A model generated the notes under the pieces. That model had not been told where the DNA came from and ran no database searches. It was given only the letters and a program-made list of their open reading frames with translations. From Eledone cirrhosa (lineage: Eukaryota), in the NCBI GenBank assembly GCA_964016885.1, contig OZ024742.1:281604001-281668000 (forward strand): a stretch of DNA of 64,000 nucleotides, given 5' to 3'. Shown here piece after piece: positions 1 through 12,691 of the stretch (positions are counted from its first letter, which is position 1; each line of letters starts with the position of its first letter). The position numbers and the translations under genes are program-made.

Positions 1-455
1 GTAGTCCCAGCGTGCATCTAGGATACCATTCCAATCCCCCACTAATAGCAAGGAGCGGGACGTCCCTAGAAAAGTCTCTAGACGATGGAAGAAGTCCGGC
101 CGCATTGACCCGAAAGGGCCGTAGGCGGCTACCAACCTAAACGCTCCGCCTTTACCACTGCCAAGGTCCAGAACCACTAGTCGACCCTCCGGGTCCAAAT
201 GTACCATCTGTGTTGCGAGACCCAGATGTTTTGCAGCAGAACGACAGCCCCACCTCCACCTCCGGGCTGCCAGAGAGATGCGTGCATCTCAAAGTCATCA
301 AAGGTGGGGCCAGCTGTCGCACGTTGCTGATCCAGACCTCGCAAATAACCATCACATCTATACGTTGTGACCTGAGGTCATTTAGAAGCATTACTTGCTT
401 CCAAGTTGAGCCCAGGCCACGCGCATTTAAACAGCCTACTCTTAGCATGGCCATG
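1..455 (-). mobile_element. L1/Tx1-clade LINE ORF2 N-terminus (AP-like endonuclease), frameshifted, runs off the window start
   Basis: Minus strand reads MLRVGCLNARGL...IDVMVICE, then in another frame DPEGRLVVLDL...FRLVAAYGP...LLLVGDWNGILD (APE motifs N-x-x-G, E, Y-x-P, GDxN). Confidence 0.85.
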
Positions 456-820
456 TTGGTGGTGAAGAGAAAAGGCACTTACCTCTCTGCGTCCCGGGTA
501 TTGGGCTGCACAATTTCCATTAGGGTGGGGGATGGGTTGTTGGGTGGGGTGGTGGTTTGTGAGGTTTAGTGGCATCAGTGTGTTGTGTGGTTGGGGAGTT
601 TGGAGTTGTGTGGGTGTTTGGGGAGGGGGTGGTGTAGTTTTTTAGGAGGACGCGGTTAATGGGCCCGACGCAGGGGGTACCCACGTCCTCTTTAAAGTTG
701 ATTTTTAAAGTTTTATAGGTGTCCTGTGGGGCTTTAATCATTTTGAGGTGGGGGAAATCCCCTGCCTGGGTGAAGTTAGGCTCTTGGGTTTTTATTAGAT
801 CGTTGTTGTACACAGTGTTA

Positions 821-821
821 G

Positions 822-918
<97 letters not shown>
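821..918. repeat. (TA)n/(TG)n microsatellite
   Basis: Direct read. Confidence 0.95.
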
Positions 919-919
<1 letters not shown>

Positions 920-2207
920 TTCTTTATTAGCCACAAGGGCACAAAAGAAGGGGACAAATACAAAGAGGGAAGTTTACATACACTAAAAACGTGTAAAATA
1001 TTATCACAAATGCAATTTAAAAATTAGTCGATTTTCCCCAATAGGGGGAGACATTACATATGGGTAACACATACCCCCGGAAAAAAATGTGCAACCCTCA
1101 TCTCCAGGAGTATGAAGAGTTTGTACTCCTTTCCTCTCCTCCTCTTTTTCCTCAACCTACAGGCTGATATAGAGAGAAGGCCCATTCACTCGGGCCATTC
1201 TCGCCACTTTCACCCAACTTTCATAAAACTTGCTGGGGTACAGCACCTCTCTCTCCATCCTGATTCTTCTTCCAAAGTGGTATTTCAAAAAAAGAATCAG
1301 TTGTTGTCCGGAGAGAAAGGTGTCTGACCTCAGCCCTTTCAACCTTGTCCACCATACAACCTCTTTCGCCATAGATATCACACAAAGGAAAACCGTCTCT
1401 CCTTCGTTTTTGAAGGAGGGTGGCGGTTTGATCATGACAATGGACTCGGTGGTCAACTGGATTGGTTCTACCCGCGACAATAGTCGTTCTACATAGCCCC
1501 ACAGGTCGGTGACGCCTGGGCAGTGTACAAATGCGTGTGCAACGGTATCTCGTCTCTCACGCACCTCGGACAGATCTTTTTTGCAGGGTCCCTGCCCGGG
1601 CGCCCATGTCTGTAGAGCTTGTCTCGAACTGGTAGAGCTACTCGGTAGCACTGCCAGGCCAGGGACTTTTAGAAGTTGTCCATCTGTCCCGGGCGGAAGG
1701 TCGTACTGAACAGACTGGCCAGTTCGCCTTCCTCTACGCCTAGAGTTTCACCGAGCATGTCGTCGCACTTGCTACGGTCAACCCTCTATAGAATGACGAA
1801 GTGGAGTCTCCACTGACGCCGTGTCTGCCTGCCAGAGGGCTGTGAGCGCCTGAGCATATTCGATGTGCCAGTCGCTCATCTTCCTCGGTCTTTGCTTGAC
1901 CCAGGACTCCAGCTCCGTCAGCGAGACGAGTCGTGAGAAGGCTCCCCTCACGAACGGGGCCCACACCGGGTGTCCGGTGAGGAATACGTAGAGATGCCAC
2001 AGCCTGAGCGCGTGTTTGCGCATCGTCAGCCACGGCATTCCCTGCCCTCCGTTGGAGGGGCGTTGGCAGCAGATGGATCTTCTCACCAAAGGAGTTGGAA
2101 GAGCGCGCGCTCAATTTTGGCGAGCGTTTTGGCTGGACAAGGCACGACGGTCAAGCGGTAGTAGATGGCGGACGCTATACCTTTCAAGGATAGTTTGCAC
2201 TCGGCCC

Positions 2208-2209
<2 letters not shown>
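919..2209 (-). mobile_element. 5'-truncated, decayed Tx1/L1-like LINE 3' end (post-RT region, Cys/His knuckle, 3' UTR)
   Basis: ORFs 1778-2089 and 1157-1651 give CQRPSNGGQGMP and DTVAHAFVHCPGVTDLW; the element ends ccttgtggctaataaagaaa against a microsatellite; 5' end abuts (GATA)n 2210-2272. Confidence 0.85.
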
Positions 2210-2273
<64 letters not shown>

Positions 2274-2424
2274 CCAAGTAAATATTCTGTATATGAATGT
2301 TTGCTGCTCCTCTAATCTTAACATATATGCATGGAGCTCTCATTCATATTTAGCGGATATGGTGCGGTACTTTTGCCTCACCCTGTATATATATATATAT
2401 GATTTGATGTACATTACTCACCAG

Positions 2425-2562
2425 ATTACTCTATACTTGGGTAGTAGAGTGGGCAATATGAACAAATAAAGGACCCCGACGTCCTACCTCCGGCCGTTTC
2501 AACAGCTAGATCCGGATTTAGCTGTTGAAACGACCGGAGCTCAGCCTTCGGGATCCTGATTT
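2425..2562. mobile_element. Short palindromic Penelope-pLTR-like element (GUC hammerhead-half family)
   Basis: Inverted repeat cgtttcaacagctagatcc/ggatttagctgttgaaacg; tail similar to copies at 11605, 16983 and 41484; flanked by (TA)n. Confidence 0.6.
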
Positions 2563-2646
2563 TATATATATATATATAATTAGCACAGTTACATAAACAG
2601 GTACTCAAGTCTCGATGGGTTCTGGGCCCCAATTCATTCAGCCTTT

Positions 2647-2697
2647 CTGATGACAGGTTGAATGAATTGGGGCGCAGATCCCAACGAAACTTATGTA
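2647..2697 (+). ncRNA. Type I hammerhead ribozyme core (stem I lost to an inversion)
   Basis: CTGATGA-cagGTTG...CAAC-GAAA-C-ttat-G-TA; immediately preceded by an inverted copy (about 2598-2645). Confidence 0.6.
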
Positions 2698-2792
2698 CCT
2701 CTTTATGTCACTGTTGTAATTATTTATACTAAACTCGTCTTATGGACTGAATGCTGTTACTCTTGGATATTTCCACTTAACTTTTACTTCCG

Positions 2793-2880
<88 letters not shown>

Positions 2881-2914
2881 TATATATACACACACACATA
2901 TATATATGAATGTG

Positions 2915-2945
<31 letters not shown>

Positions 2946-3568
2946 TTTATCTTGTTTTCCATTGTCCTCTCTTTGTCAATTATCCTAATGTTATTATGTT
3001 TATCTGTAACGAACGTGATTCTTCTTCTCCCCCGACCAATAATTTCAATGGATTACATTTTTAACACGATCTCTTACTTTCTTCTTCTTGCCTTTTTTCA
3101 CTTCTTATTCTTTTTTTTCTTTTCTAACCTCGTCTTTCAGTCTCACGAGACTTTCGTCGCTATAAACACGACAATAGCTTCATATAGTCGTCACATGAAA
3201 TCTCATGTGTAACTGTTATTGCTATAAGTTATTGTTTCGTCTTGTCTTCTACTCCAGGGATAGTTCCTTGGTTTGTTTGTCAGACGCTGTGAACGCGAGT
3301 GGAACAACAGTACCCTTGGTAGGGGTCGAAATTGCCAAAGTCCATCTCAACGGCTGAAGACCTTGGAGCTTTGTATCTTTCGTTTCTCGTTTTTTTTCAA
3401 TTTTTTAATATATATATATATATATATATAGGTGTATGGTTGTAAGAAACGTTGCGTCCATGGGCGGTATGCCGGTTGAATACTCGATGCTGGTGCAGAA
3501 CAGAGTATAATACTATATGAATAAAGGAACAAGGATTCAGTGTTGCATCATAACATATTTAATAAGAT

Positions 3569-3648
3569 TACATATGTTTCCCTATCGATCAGCTCGAGGA
3601 ATGACCTATTATGGATCGAACCTGACTCTGTAATCGAAAGATCATCAG
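3569..3648 (-). ncRNA. Hammerhead ribozyme core inside an inverted-repeat element (arms about 3515-3563 and 3690-3741)
   Basis: Minus strand: CTGATGA-tctttcgat...atcgatagg-GAAA-CATATG-TA; palindromic stem III; weak stem I. Confidence 0.55.
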
Positions 3649-3742
3649 ATAGGTTTCCTATGTGATCTCGTCTCCGATTCTATATCTTATGTTATTAAAT
3701 ATGTTATGATGCAACACTGAATCCTTGTTCCTTTATTCTTAT

Positions 3743-3812
<70 letters not shown>

Positions 3813-4190
3813 AAAGAGAGTCCAGATCAGACCACATGTTATTTCATGCCCTCTCTGGACTCCCTAACGGACCGTACTCTGCCGCAAAAGTGAAACGTAA
3901 CCAAGGAGCAACGTCAATACCTATATCCCTTGTATTTGATCTGCATATATATATTGCACCACCAGCTTGTGAATAGGTTTGCAGTACACCAATCTGGCCG
4001 GCCACATTATAGTAGCATTAGCATAACTATATCCACTTTAGTATAAAATTATATCAACATTAGTATAACTACATTAATATGATACACTGTATCACAATAT
4101 AGTAGTTTCTAACGTAGTTACGAGGTCAAGAATTTCGGAGGAGTGGAAACTCATTTAACACGACCTCAGTACTGGATTTGATAAAATATA

Positions 4191-5430
4191 AATCTAAACT
4201 ATAATAAAGCAAGGGTTGCGGGACTGCGTACGGTTTATTTTTTTAATCCAGTTAGTAAAATAAGTTGAATTACTTTCAATAAATAATGAATGAATATTAC
4301 ATCATTTTTGTGCTAAACAAATAATTTCGTAAAAATAAATAATCTAAAATTGACTTCTTTTGAAAGTTGCACTTCCGGTATATCGTCGCCACCACCACCA
4401 CTTCAACTACCATATATATATAGAAAGAGAGAGTGTGTGATGAGAGAGATAGAGTGTGTGATGAGAGATGATTTCTACACACTGACGCGTATGAGTGTGC
4501 ACATACATACATCTATATGTATGAGTATATAACTATTATGAGTATATAACTATAATCGCGCAAACACACACTTATAAAAATACAACCTCACGGACACAAT
4601 TCACACACATACACATACATTCACACATACTTTCACACAAACATACTTCACACATATACATTTACACAAACACACACATACAGTCATGATAGCGTTCGAT
4701 TTAATTGGAAATGGGAGGGTAAAACAAGTATAACGTTTTATTTAATTATTAACTCTTTATTTATTTATTAACGCTTTTTTTAAACTCATTTTTAGCTCAT
4801 GTAGTGTGTATAATGATATTATACGCAAGTATATATGCATGTAGATATGATCAAATAAAATCGTAAGTGACAATATACACAGAAATTGAACGAAGATGTG
4901 TTACACTCTCTTATGTAATCAGTAACGTAATCCATGATACATTAAAAAAGACGATATTATATATAAACTGCATTAGGAGAACATTAGAAAATATATGAAT
5001 ATTTATTTAAACGATCGCTAACCGGAAGTGTTGACATTTGAAAATTTTAAAGAAGTGAATCTTTAAATAAGTAATAAAATATATTTAATGAACAGCCACG
5101 AAATTTAGTAGATAGATTATGTAATATTCATTCATTATTTATTCAAAGTAAGGTGGATTGGCAGTATCGGTAGAGGGTCGGACGCCGTGCTTTACAGCAC
5201 AGTTACGTCCCTTTACGGACTGAGTTCAAATCCCGCCGAGGTTAACTTTGCCTTTCATCCTTACAGGGTCGATAAAATAAAGTACCAGTAATACACTGGG
5301 ATATTGCTGGCCTTGTGCCAAATGTAGAAACAATTATTTATTCAAAGTAATCCAACTTATTTTATTAAGGGGATAAAAAATTATAAACCGTACGCAATTC
5401 CGCGCTTCTTACTTTATTGTAGTTTAGATT
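4191..5430. mobile_element. MITE-like element with long diverged inverted arms (about 4191-4383 vs 5015-5430)
   Basis: aatctaaactataataaag... is the reverse complement of ...ctttattgtagtttagatt; right arm is interrupted by a SINE. Confidence 0.6.
5152..5332 (+). mobile_element. tRNA-derived SINE (Nin/Deu-like core) with an 18-bp target-site duplication
   Basis: Box A tggcagtatcgg, box B gagttcaaatcc, core tttgcctttcatccttac..ggtcgataaaataaagtaccag; TSD attatttattcaaagtaa at 5134-5151 and 5333-5350. Confidence 0.9.
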
Positions 5431-5721
5431 AAGCACCGTTGTACGTCCATTGATTAGATATATATAAATGTAATAGCATATAAATTATGTCTGATGCAGA
5501 CACACACACATACACACACACACACACATATATATATATTTATATATATATACACACATACATACCACACCACAAATCGTCTTCCGAAGGTAGTGAAGCT
5601 ATTATTAATCCACCCCGGGTGAAGTAACTTGCAAATTCTTCGTAATTCATGGAATGCAATAATACATCTAACGGACACACACACACACACAAATATATCT
5701 ATTCATACATAGACATATATA

Positions 5722-6020
5722 TAGCCGAAGTCTAGTCCGAAGTCCACATGCGCGAAGTGCGGTCCGAAGTGCGCATGCCCGAACGCTGGTCCGAAGTTGC
5801 ATGCGCGAATGCCAGTCCGAACTGCGCATGCGCGAAGGTTTGTCCGAAGTGCGCATGCGGGAAGGCTGGCCCGAAGTGCGCATGCGCGAAGGCTGGTCCG
5901 AAGAGCGCATGCGCGAAGACTGGTCCGTACTGCGCATGCGCGATGACTGCTTTACTGCGCATGCACGAAGGCTGGTCCGTACTGCGCATGTGCGAAGGCC
6001 AGTCCGTACTGCGCATGCGT
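5722..6020. repeat. GC-rich minisatellite (about 27-bp unit, ggctggtccgaagtgcgcatgcgcgaa) between two direct repeats of about 110 bp (5572-5680, 6133-6242)
   Basis: Direct read; about ten degenerate units containing TGCGCATGCG. Confidence 0.85.
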
Positions 6021-6079
6021 GAATATATATATATATATATATGGAGAGAGAGAGAGAGAGAGACAGAGAGAGAGAGACA

Positions 6080-6127
<48 letters not shown>

Positions 6128-6268
6128 CCGCAAACAAATCGTCTTCCGAGGTTAGTGAAGCTATTATTAATCCTCCCCGGATGAAGCAACTTGCAAATTC
6201 TTCGTAATTCTTGAAATGCAATTATGGATCTAACGGACACACTCTCTAGAATAGACATATTTGTGTGC

Positions 6269-6307
<39 letters not shown>

Positions 6308-6729
6308 GTTGGCAGGTAGATAGATAGGTCGATAGATCAATACGTAGATATATAGGTAGGTAGCTAGAAAGATAGACGATAGTGGTTATCTGTATATGTG
6401 GCTGTGTGTATGTATGTGAAGATATGGAAATAAGGAAAGGATAATTTACTACAGTACCAATGATTCAATCCACAGGTGTATATTCTTTTTACCATTGCAT
6501 AAGTACATAGACTCACTCACACACGTATATATATATGTGTATGTGTATTTATGTGTGTGTATATGTGTGTGTATATGTGTGTGTATATGTGTGTATGTGT
6601 GTTTATAAGTGTTTATGTGTATATATATATGTATATGTGTGTGTGTATCTGTTTGTTTGTATGTGTGTGTTACTGTATCTGTGTATATGTGCATATGTGT
6701 GTGCGTTTATGTCCGTGTGTGTGTCTCGT

Positions 6730-6850
6730 GATTGTAATGTTGAGAGTTCGAATCCCATCAGTGCGTTGTGTTCTTGAGCATGACACTCTATTTCAACTTT
6801 CTTCTCTCCACTGAAGTAAAAAAAAGTGTACTCTGCCAGTAAGTCGAAGA
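6730..6850 (+). mobile_element. CORE-type SINE fragment
   Basis: Box B gagttcgaatccc followed by gttgtgttcttgagcatgacact (CORE-like); related to 43760-43970. Confidence 0.55.
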
Positions 6851-7096
6851 ACCAATGTAGTCCAAACCTTGAAACCCTCGGTTATACGTGTCTATGGAAT
6901 GCTCAGACACTCTCACCTTAATTTCAGGCAGTTCCATTTGAGAAACCCAGCTGGAAGAATCCTCGTCGCAAGCGATAGGGTACCATCATACATATAAACA
7001 CATAGACACACACACGTTTCAAAGAGAATAGAAGATGATAAGTATTAGATTTTAAAATATATGTACTGGAATTGAGGTCAAGAAAATCCTTTAATC

Positions 7097-10070
7097 GTGG
7101 TACCCCAGCATGGGCACAGTCTAACGTCTGAAACAAGTGCAGGCCGGAGAATTGTTCTTCCTCCTTCAATCTATGGTTCTCCTCGCTTCTACAGCGAGTG
7201 CTTTCAGAATTCGATGACTGTCGTTCGATACATGGTAAAGCCATCTTATTTCATCACGGTAACAACTAACCCTAACTGGAATGAAATAAAAAATAGTTTG
7301 CACCCTGGTGAAGAACATAGATATTTGTAGAAGAGTCTTCAAGATCAAGTATGACAGCCCCATGGATGACACACTGAAGAAAAATGTCCTAGGAAAAGTT
7401 GTGGCTCATTCTGCTACAATAGAGTGGCACAAAACGAGGCCTCACTTATAAGATAGCAAGCCAAAACTGCTGATGCCATTGATCAGGTAGTGTACTGTGA
7501 GATTTCTGATAAAGAGACCAATCCAATTCTGCATACGATCATCACATCCTTCAACATTCATGGCCCATGTGGACAAGCTAATATGATGTGCTCATGTATG
7601 GAAGGGCTAGGACAACAACGCCATTGCTCAAAATGTTATCCTAAGGCATTCAGACAAACCACATTTGTTGCCGAAAATTCCTTTCCGGAGTATAAAAGAA
7701 GGGATAGATAATCCAACTTAAAGGTCAAGAATTTACTGTTGCTAATCGTTGGATTGTTCCATACAACCCTTTCCTCTCATTGAGATATCAGTGCCACATC
7801 AATTGTGAGGTTGTCCACAGTGTCAAGGCTGTTAAGTACTTATATAAGTACATCACAAAAGGATCAGACAAGATCACTTTCACTATTAAGGATGATCAAG
7901 GAAATTGTGTTCATGCCCAAAATGAGATTGAGACCTATATCAATGCACGGTACATCTCAGCCAGTGAAGCATTCTGGAGAATCTATAAATTTCCATTACA
8001 TCATCGAAAACCGCCAGTTGAAAAGTTGCCTTGCCATTTACCTGGGGAACAAATGGTCGTGTATGAGCGAGGGCAGGAAGAAAGTATTGTTTCTAGAGGA
8101 CAGCCAATGACTAAGTTGACGGAATATTTTCAACTGAATATTAGAGACCCACTGGCACAAAACATATTGTATATTGACATTCCTAAATATTTACCTTGGA
8201 AAAACAAAAAGTGGCAAAGAAGAAAAAAGGAACATCTGGATGGTGATCAACAATTTATGAGTGAATCTCTTGGACGCATTCCAACAGTATCTCTCAGTAG
8301 ACATCAATCTGAATTATAATACCTCAGGATGATCCTACATCACAAGGCTAGGTCAACTTCATACAAAGACTTGCGGACAATTGAAGGATTTGAATTTCCA
8401 ACATTCCAAGAAGCATGCAGGAAACTTGGTCTGTTAGATGAAGATGGAGAAAAAGACAAAGCTATGGAAGAGACCTCATCCATTACGCTTGGTCCTTAGC
8501 ACTATTTTATTGTACAGCATGCCAAATGACCCTCTGCAGTTCTGGGAGAAATTGAAGAATTGTCTTGCAGAGGATATCATGCATGAACGTCATGAGCAAG
8601 TCATGTCCATGCAAACCGTGCAGATTCTTCTACAGAAGATCCAACAAAGACTTCAACATGATGGCTTGGACATTCATGCCAACTATGGACTTCCTCGGCC
8701 AGACCCAACTATTGTTGCCATACCAGCAATCAACAGGGTTCTTATGGCAGAAACTGATTTCAATACACATCAACTGCAAGCAAACATAAATGAACTTCTG
8801 CCAACATTGACTCCTGAACAACTGGTTATTTTTCACAAAGTAAATGAAAATGAAGGCAGAATTTTCTGCTTGAATGCAAGTGCAGGTACAGGAAAGACCT
8901 ATGTCATAAACATCCTATTGGATTACCTCCGATCTAAAATTTCACTTGCCACTGTCATATCTGGAATAGCAGCCACTTTGCTTCACAAAGGTAGAACTCT
9001 TCATTCCAAGTGCAAGATTCCTCTCAATGTGACTGCTGAATCAACTTGCTTCTTCACAAAGAGGGATGACACAGGTAAACTTATGCAGCAAGCTGACCTG
9101 CTAATCATTGATGAGATAAGTATGGGACATAAGCATATCTTTGAATGCCTTGACAGGAGATTCAAAGATGTTCGAGATTGCAAAAAGCCATTATTACTAT
9201 CTGGTGACTGGAAGCAAATTCTTCCAGTTGTACGTCATGGTGCTAGACCACAAATAGTTGAGGAAACCATCTAGAGATCCTATCTCTGGGACTATGTGGA
9301 AACCATGGAGATGACAACCAATCAACGGTTAATTAATGCAGAGGATTCTGATGAAAGACAGTTTGCAAACTACCTTCTTGATGTGGGAAATGGTAACATT
9401 CCAACTGTTCCAACTGTAGGTGCATTCACAATTCTTCTGCCAAATGAACTTTGTCTGGAATATGGTAATGTGTCTGGACTGTGTAATTCTGTGTATACAA
9501 ATCTTCCAGGAAACTACACAAACCCACTATGGCTTGCAAATAGAGTTATTATCACTCCAACAAATGATGCAGCAAGATTGGTGAATGAGTTCATGGACAA
9601 CAAGTTCCCTGGTCATGAAATAATCTACAGAAGCTCTGATACACTAGATAATGAATTGCAATATCCAATTGAGTTCATCCAACAAACTTATCCCATCAGG
9701 CTTCCCAACATACATATTTAAACCGAAGAAAGGCAGTTGCATAATGCTTCTGATAAATCTGGATCCTCTAAACGAGTATTGCAATGGTACACGCTACATC
9801 ATCATCAGTTTACATAATCATGTAATTGAAGCTGAAGTGGCATTGAGTCCCAATGCTGGAACAAGGTTGCTAATCCCAAGGATACCACATGTATTTCAAG
9901 ACCTTGAGTTCCCTTTCACCTTTACTCGCAAGCAATTTCCTGTCAACCCAGCCCTTGCCCTTACATGCAACAAGCACAAGGGTAGACATTTGAAAAGATA
10001 GGTGTACATCTACCAACACAATTTTTCTCACATGGTCAGATGTATGTTGCATTATCACGAGTTACAAAAA
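7097..10070 (+). pseudogene. Helitron RepHel (HUH Rep + PIF1-like SF1 helicase), 5'-truncated, multiple stops and frameshifts
   Basis: Rep motifs FITVTTNPNWNEI, IEW..RGL, KYLYKYITKG; helicase motifs ASAGTGKT, LIIDEISM, GDWKQILPV, RKQFPV, FSHGQMYVALSRV. Confidence 0.93.
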
Positions 10071-10459
10071 AAGAAAATATAAAAATATAAAAATGCATTT
10101 CAGTTACATTTTAACTGCTAGAAAAGGAACACTACAAAAACTTAAGAACTCTATATGTGATTACAGTAAAACAACAATATAGTGAAGGTCAACTCTTCAT
10201 ATTGATAAATGTAATTCATTCATAGATACCAGCAGCATCTATTTTCAAATTCCTGCTTGAAGCTTCCCATCGACATTCTCAAGTGAAGATTCATGAACAT
10301 TTTCTGTCAACAGTTTTATCGCTTTTTTTTTTAAATGTAACATGGACGACTTTATTGATTACAGAAGTAAGTGTATCACGGTCTTTGTTCAGTTTATGTG
10401 CATATTGTCAATTTACGGATTATCTCTATATGCATATGCATATATATTTGCTAGCAAAA

Positions 10460-10489
10460 AACCGCCCGAAAGGGCGGTTCTTCTACTAG
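10460..10489 (+). mobile_element. Helitron 3' terminus (hairpin + CTAG)
   Basis: aaccgccc-gaaa-gggcggtt hairpin, then CTAG at 10486-10489 followed by T. Confidence 0.92.
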
Positions 10490-11444
10490 TTGAAAATAAT
10501 AGTACGTCCATTTCAGAATAGTATTAAAGCGAATACAAGATTCCTTCTGGTTGATCGGATGGTATACATGTCTTCTGATGATGATCCAATTAAATCTCAA
10601 AATCGATTAACGATGTTTATTATATTTGTTTTTTGCAATTTACGTGGAAATTTGAATATTCTGGCATGTTTACATGACTATACATCTAATGTATACATAT
10701 TTATACACGTTGGTGCTGTCTCGGTTACACATTCTGTATTTATACAGATATAATTTCATTATAAACTTCGGCTGCTAGCGCACTTTTTTACAATATATCG
10801 TAATTAATTATCAACACGAGCCCTAATTATGTGCAAATTAGTACGTCCATTTCAGAAGAATATTAAGAGCGAATGGGTATATATATCCATCAAATACAGT
10901 TTTTTCAGTGTTCAGAGGATTCTTGCATTTTTTTGGTATGTTTACATGCCTAAGTATTAGATATGTGTACATATTTATACACGTTCGTGTAATCTCGGTT
11001 ACAAACTCTGTATTAATACAGGTGTAACTTTGTAAGTATATATATATTTATTTATATACATACATATAACAATAGAGTGTGTCTGTCTAGGTAAGAGAGA
11101 GGAAAGGGGAGACAAATAGATTTGCAGGAAATTATGGCAAATTGCTCAGTGAATAGTGGACACTGAACTAATCTAAAAAGAATGGTAATTCTTATATATA
11201 TTAGGCTGAAGAACTCCTATTTAGGAGATGAAAAGAAATGGTGGCAAGTCTTAGTATTTATTCCCCGTTCTCAGTCTCTGAGCTATGATCGATGGAAGTG
11301 AAGTGAAATGACTTCAAATGAAGATCAAATATGTTTGAGAACTCAGCTCCAAGCAAACATGTGCGAATGTGCGTGCGTACGTAAATGTGAGTGTTCAAAC
11401 GCATACATAGGCGCACGCATATACATATGAATATATATATATAT

Positions 11445-11496
<52 letters not shown>

Positions 11497-11539
11497 TGAG
11501 TGAGTGAGTGGAGAGAGAAGCTGACAGATCGATAGATGG

Positions 11540-11604
<65 letters not shown>

Positions 11605-11800
11605 CAAAGGAATTGTGGTAAGGAACCAGATGGACCATAACGCACCAGAGTACTCAATACTTATGGTAGTAGAGTGGGAAATAGGAAATAGTATGACCTC
11701 GACGGCAGAGCTCAAGCCGTTTCGACCGCTATTTCTGGACTACCTAGAAATAGCCGTCGAAACGGCTTGAGCTCTGCCGTCGGGATCATACTTTTTCCTA
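11605..11800. mobile_element. Short palindromic Penelope-pLTR-like element (GUC hammerhead-half family)
   Basis: Arms 11691-11738 and 11744-11792; each carries GAAA-CGGC-loop-GCCG-TC (hammerhead stem III + GUC); (TA)n on both sides. Confidence 0.7.
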
Positions 11801-11950
11801 TATATATATATATATATATATCAGCATCATCCTTCCCTCTCTGTTCTGTAATGTAATATTAAAATTCCACCGGTAGATGAGAACTGACACTGTTAATTAA
11901 AACCCACACACATCCAAACCGCCCTCCTATAATTGGGATCTCTCTCTCTA

Positions 11951-12021
<71 letters not shown>

Positions 12022-12657
12022 TTTCTGCTACGAGCGGTAACTAATTTTGCCCTATTTCGATCTTCAAACACCTTGCCGTATTTAGACGCCATTTTTCCTG
12101 ATGTTCAATTTCTTTCTTCTATTATACATTCTTTGTCTCACTCTTCCTCTCTATCTCTCCTTCACACCGTCTCCTCTTCTTTCCCTCTCACTCTCTTATA
12201 TAATTAGACCTGTGTATATCTAGATCAGTATGCTTAATCTACTTACTTCAACCGTATGTAATACACCTCACACATTGTATGTTTATTTGGGTGGAATGGG
12301 GAGATTCATCTATCCGACCCTCTCTTGTCTCTGCTATGAAAACAAAATGAATATATCTTATAGTTATTATAGATACGCGCTTGAACTTGCAGCCTATATT
12401 TCACAACACAATATTGATATGAGCCAATAAGTGTGGCCATTAAATCTTACTAGAAATAGCAGCCAACAGTCGATCATAGCCCGCCCAACTCTTTCGGTGT
12501 AAGTACACATTGGTAAATCATTCGTATGAATCTGGCATTTAAATTCCAGAATAAACTGTCCATTTATGCTCTTCATCTTCTTGTCATGTCTTAACATTGA
12601 TCATAAGCTTTGTCTCAGATTAAACTGTCACAGCGTGTTTTGATGGATCTACCTCCC

Positions 12658-12691
<34 letters not shown>

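Noticed and set aside
5152-5240. tRNA genes at SINE heads
   Set aside because: Boxes A and B are present, but each head is fused to the SINE core and no intact cloverleaf was seen.
5722-6020. CRISPR-like array
   Set aside because: Tandem degenerate units without unique spacers, eukaryotic context, no cas genes.
10460-10479. Rho-independent terminator
   Set aside because: Position before CTAG downstream of RepHel identifies it as the Helitron 3' hairpin.
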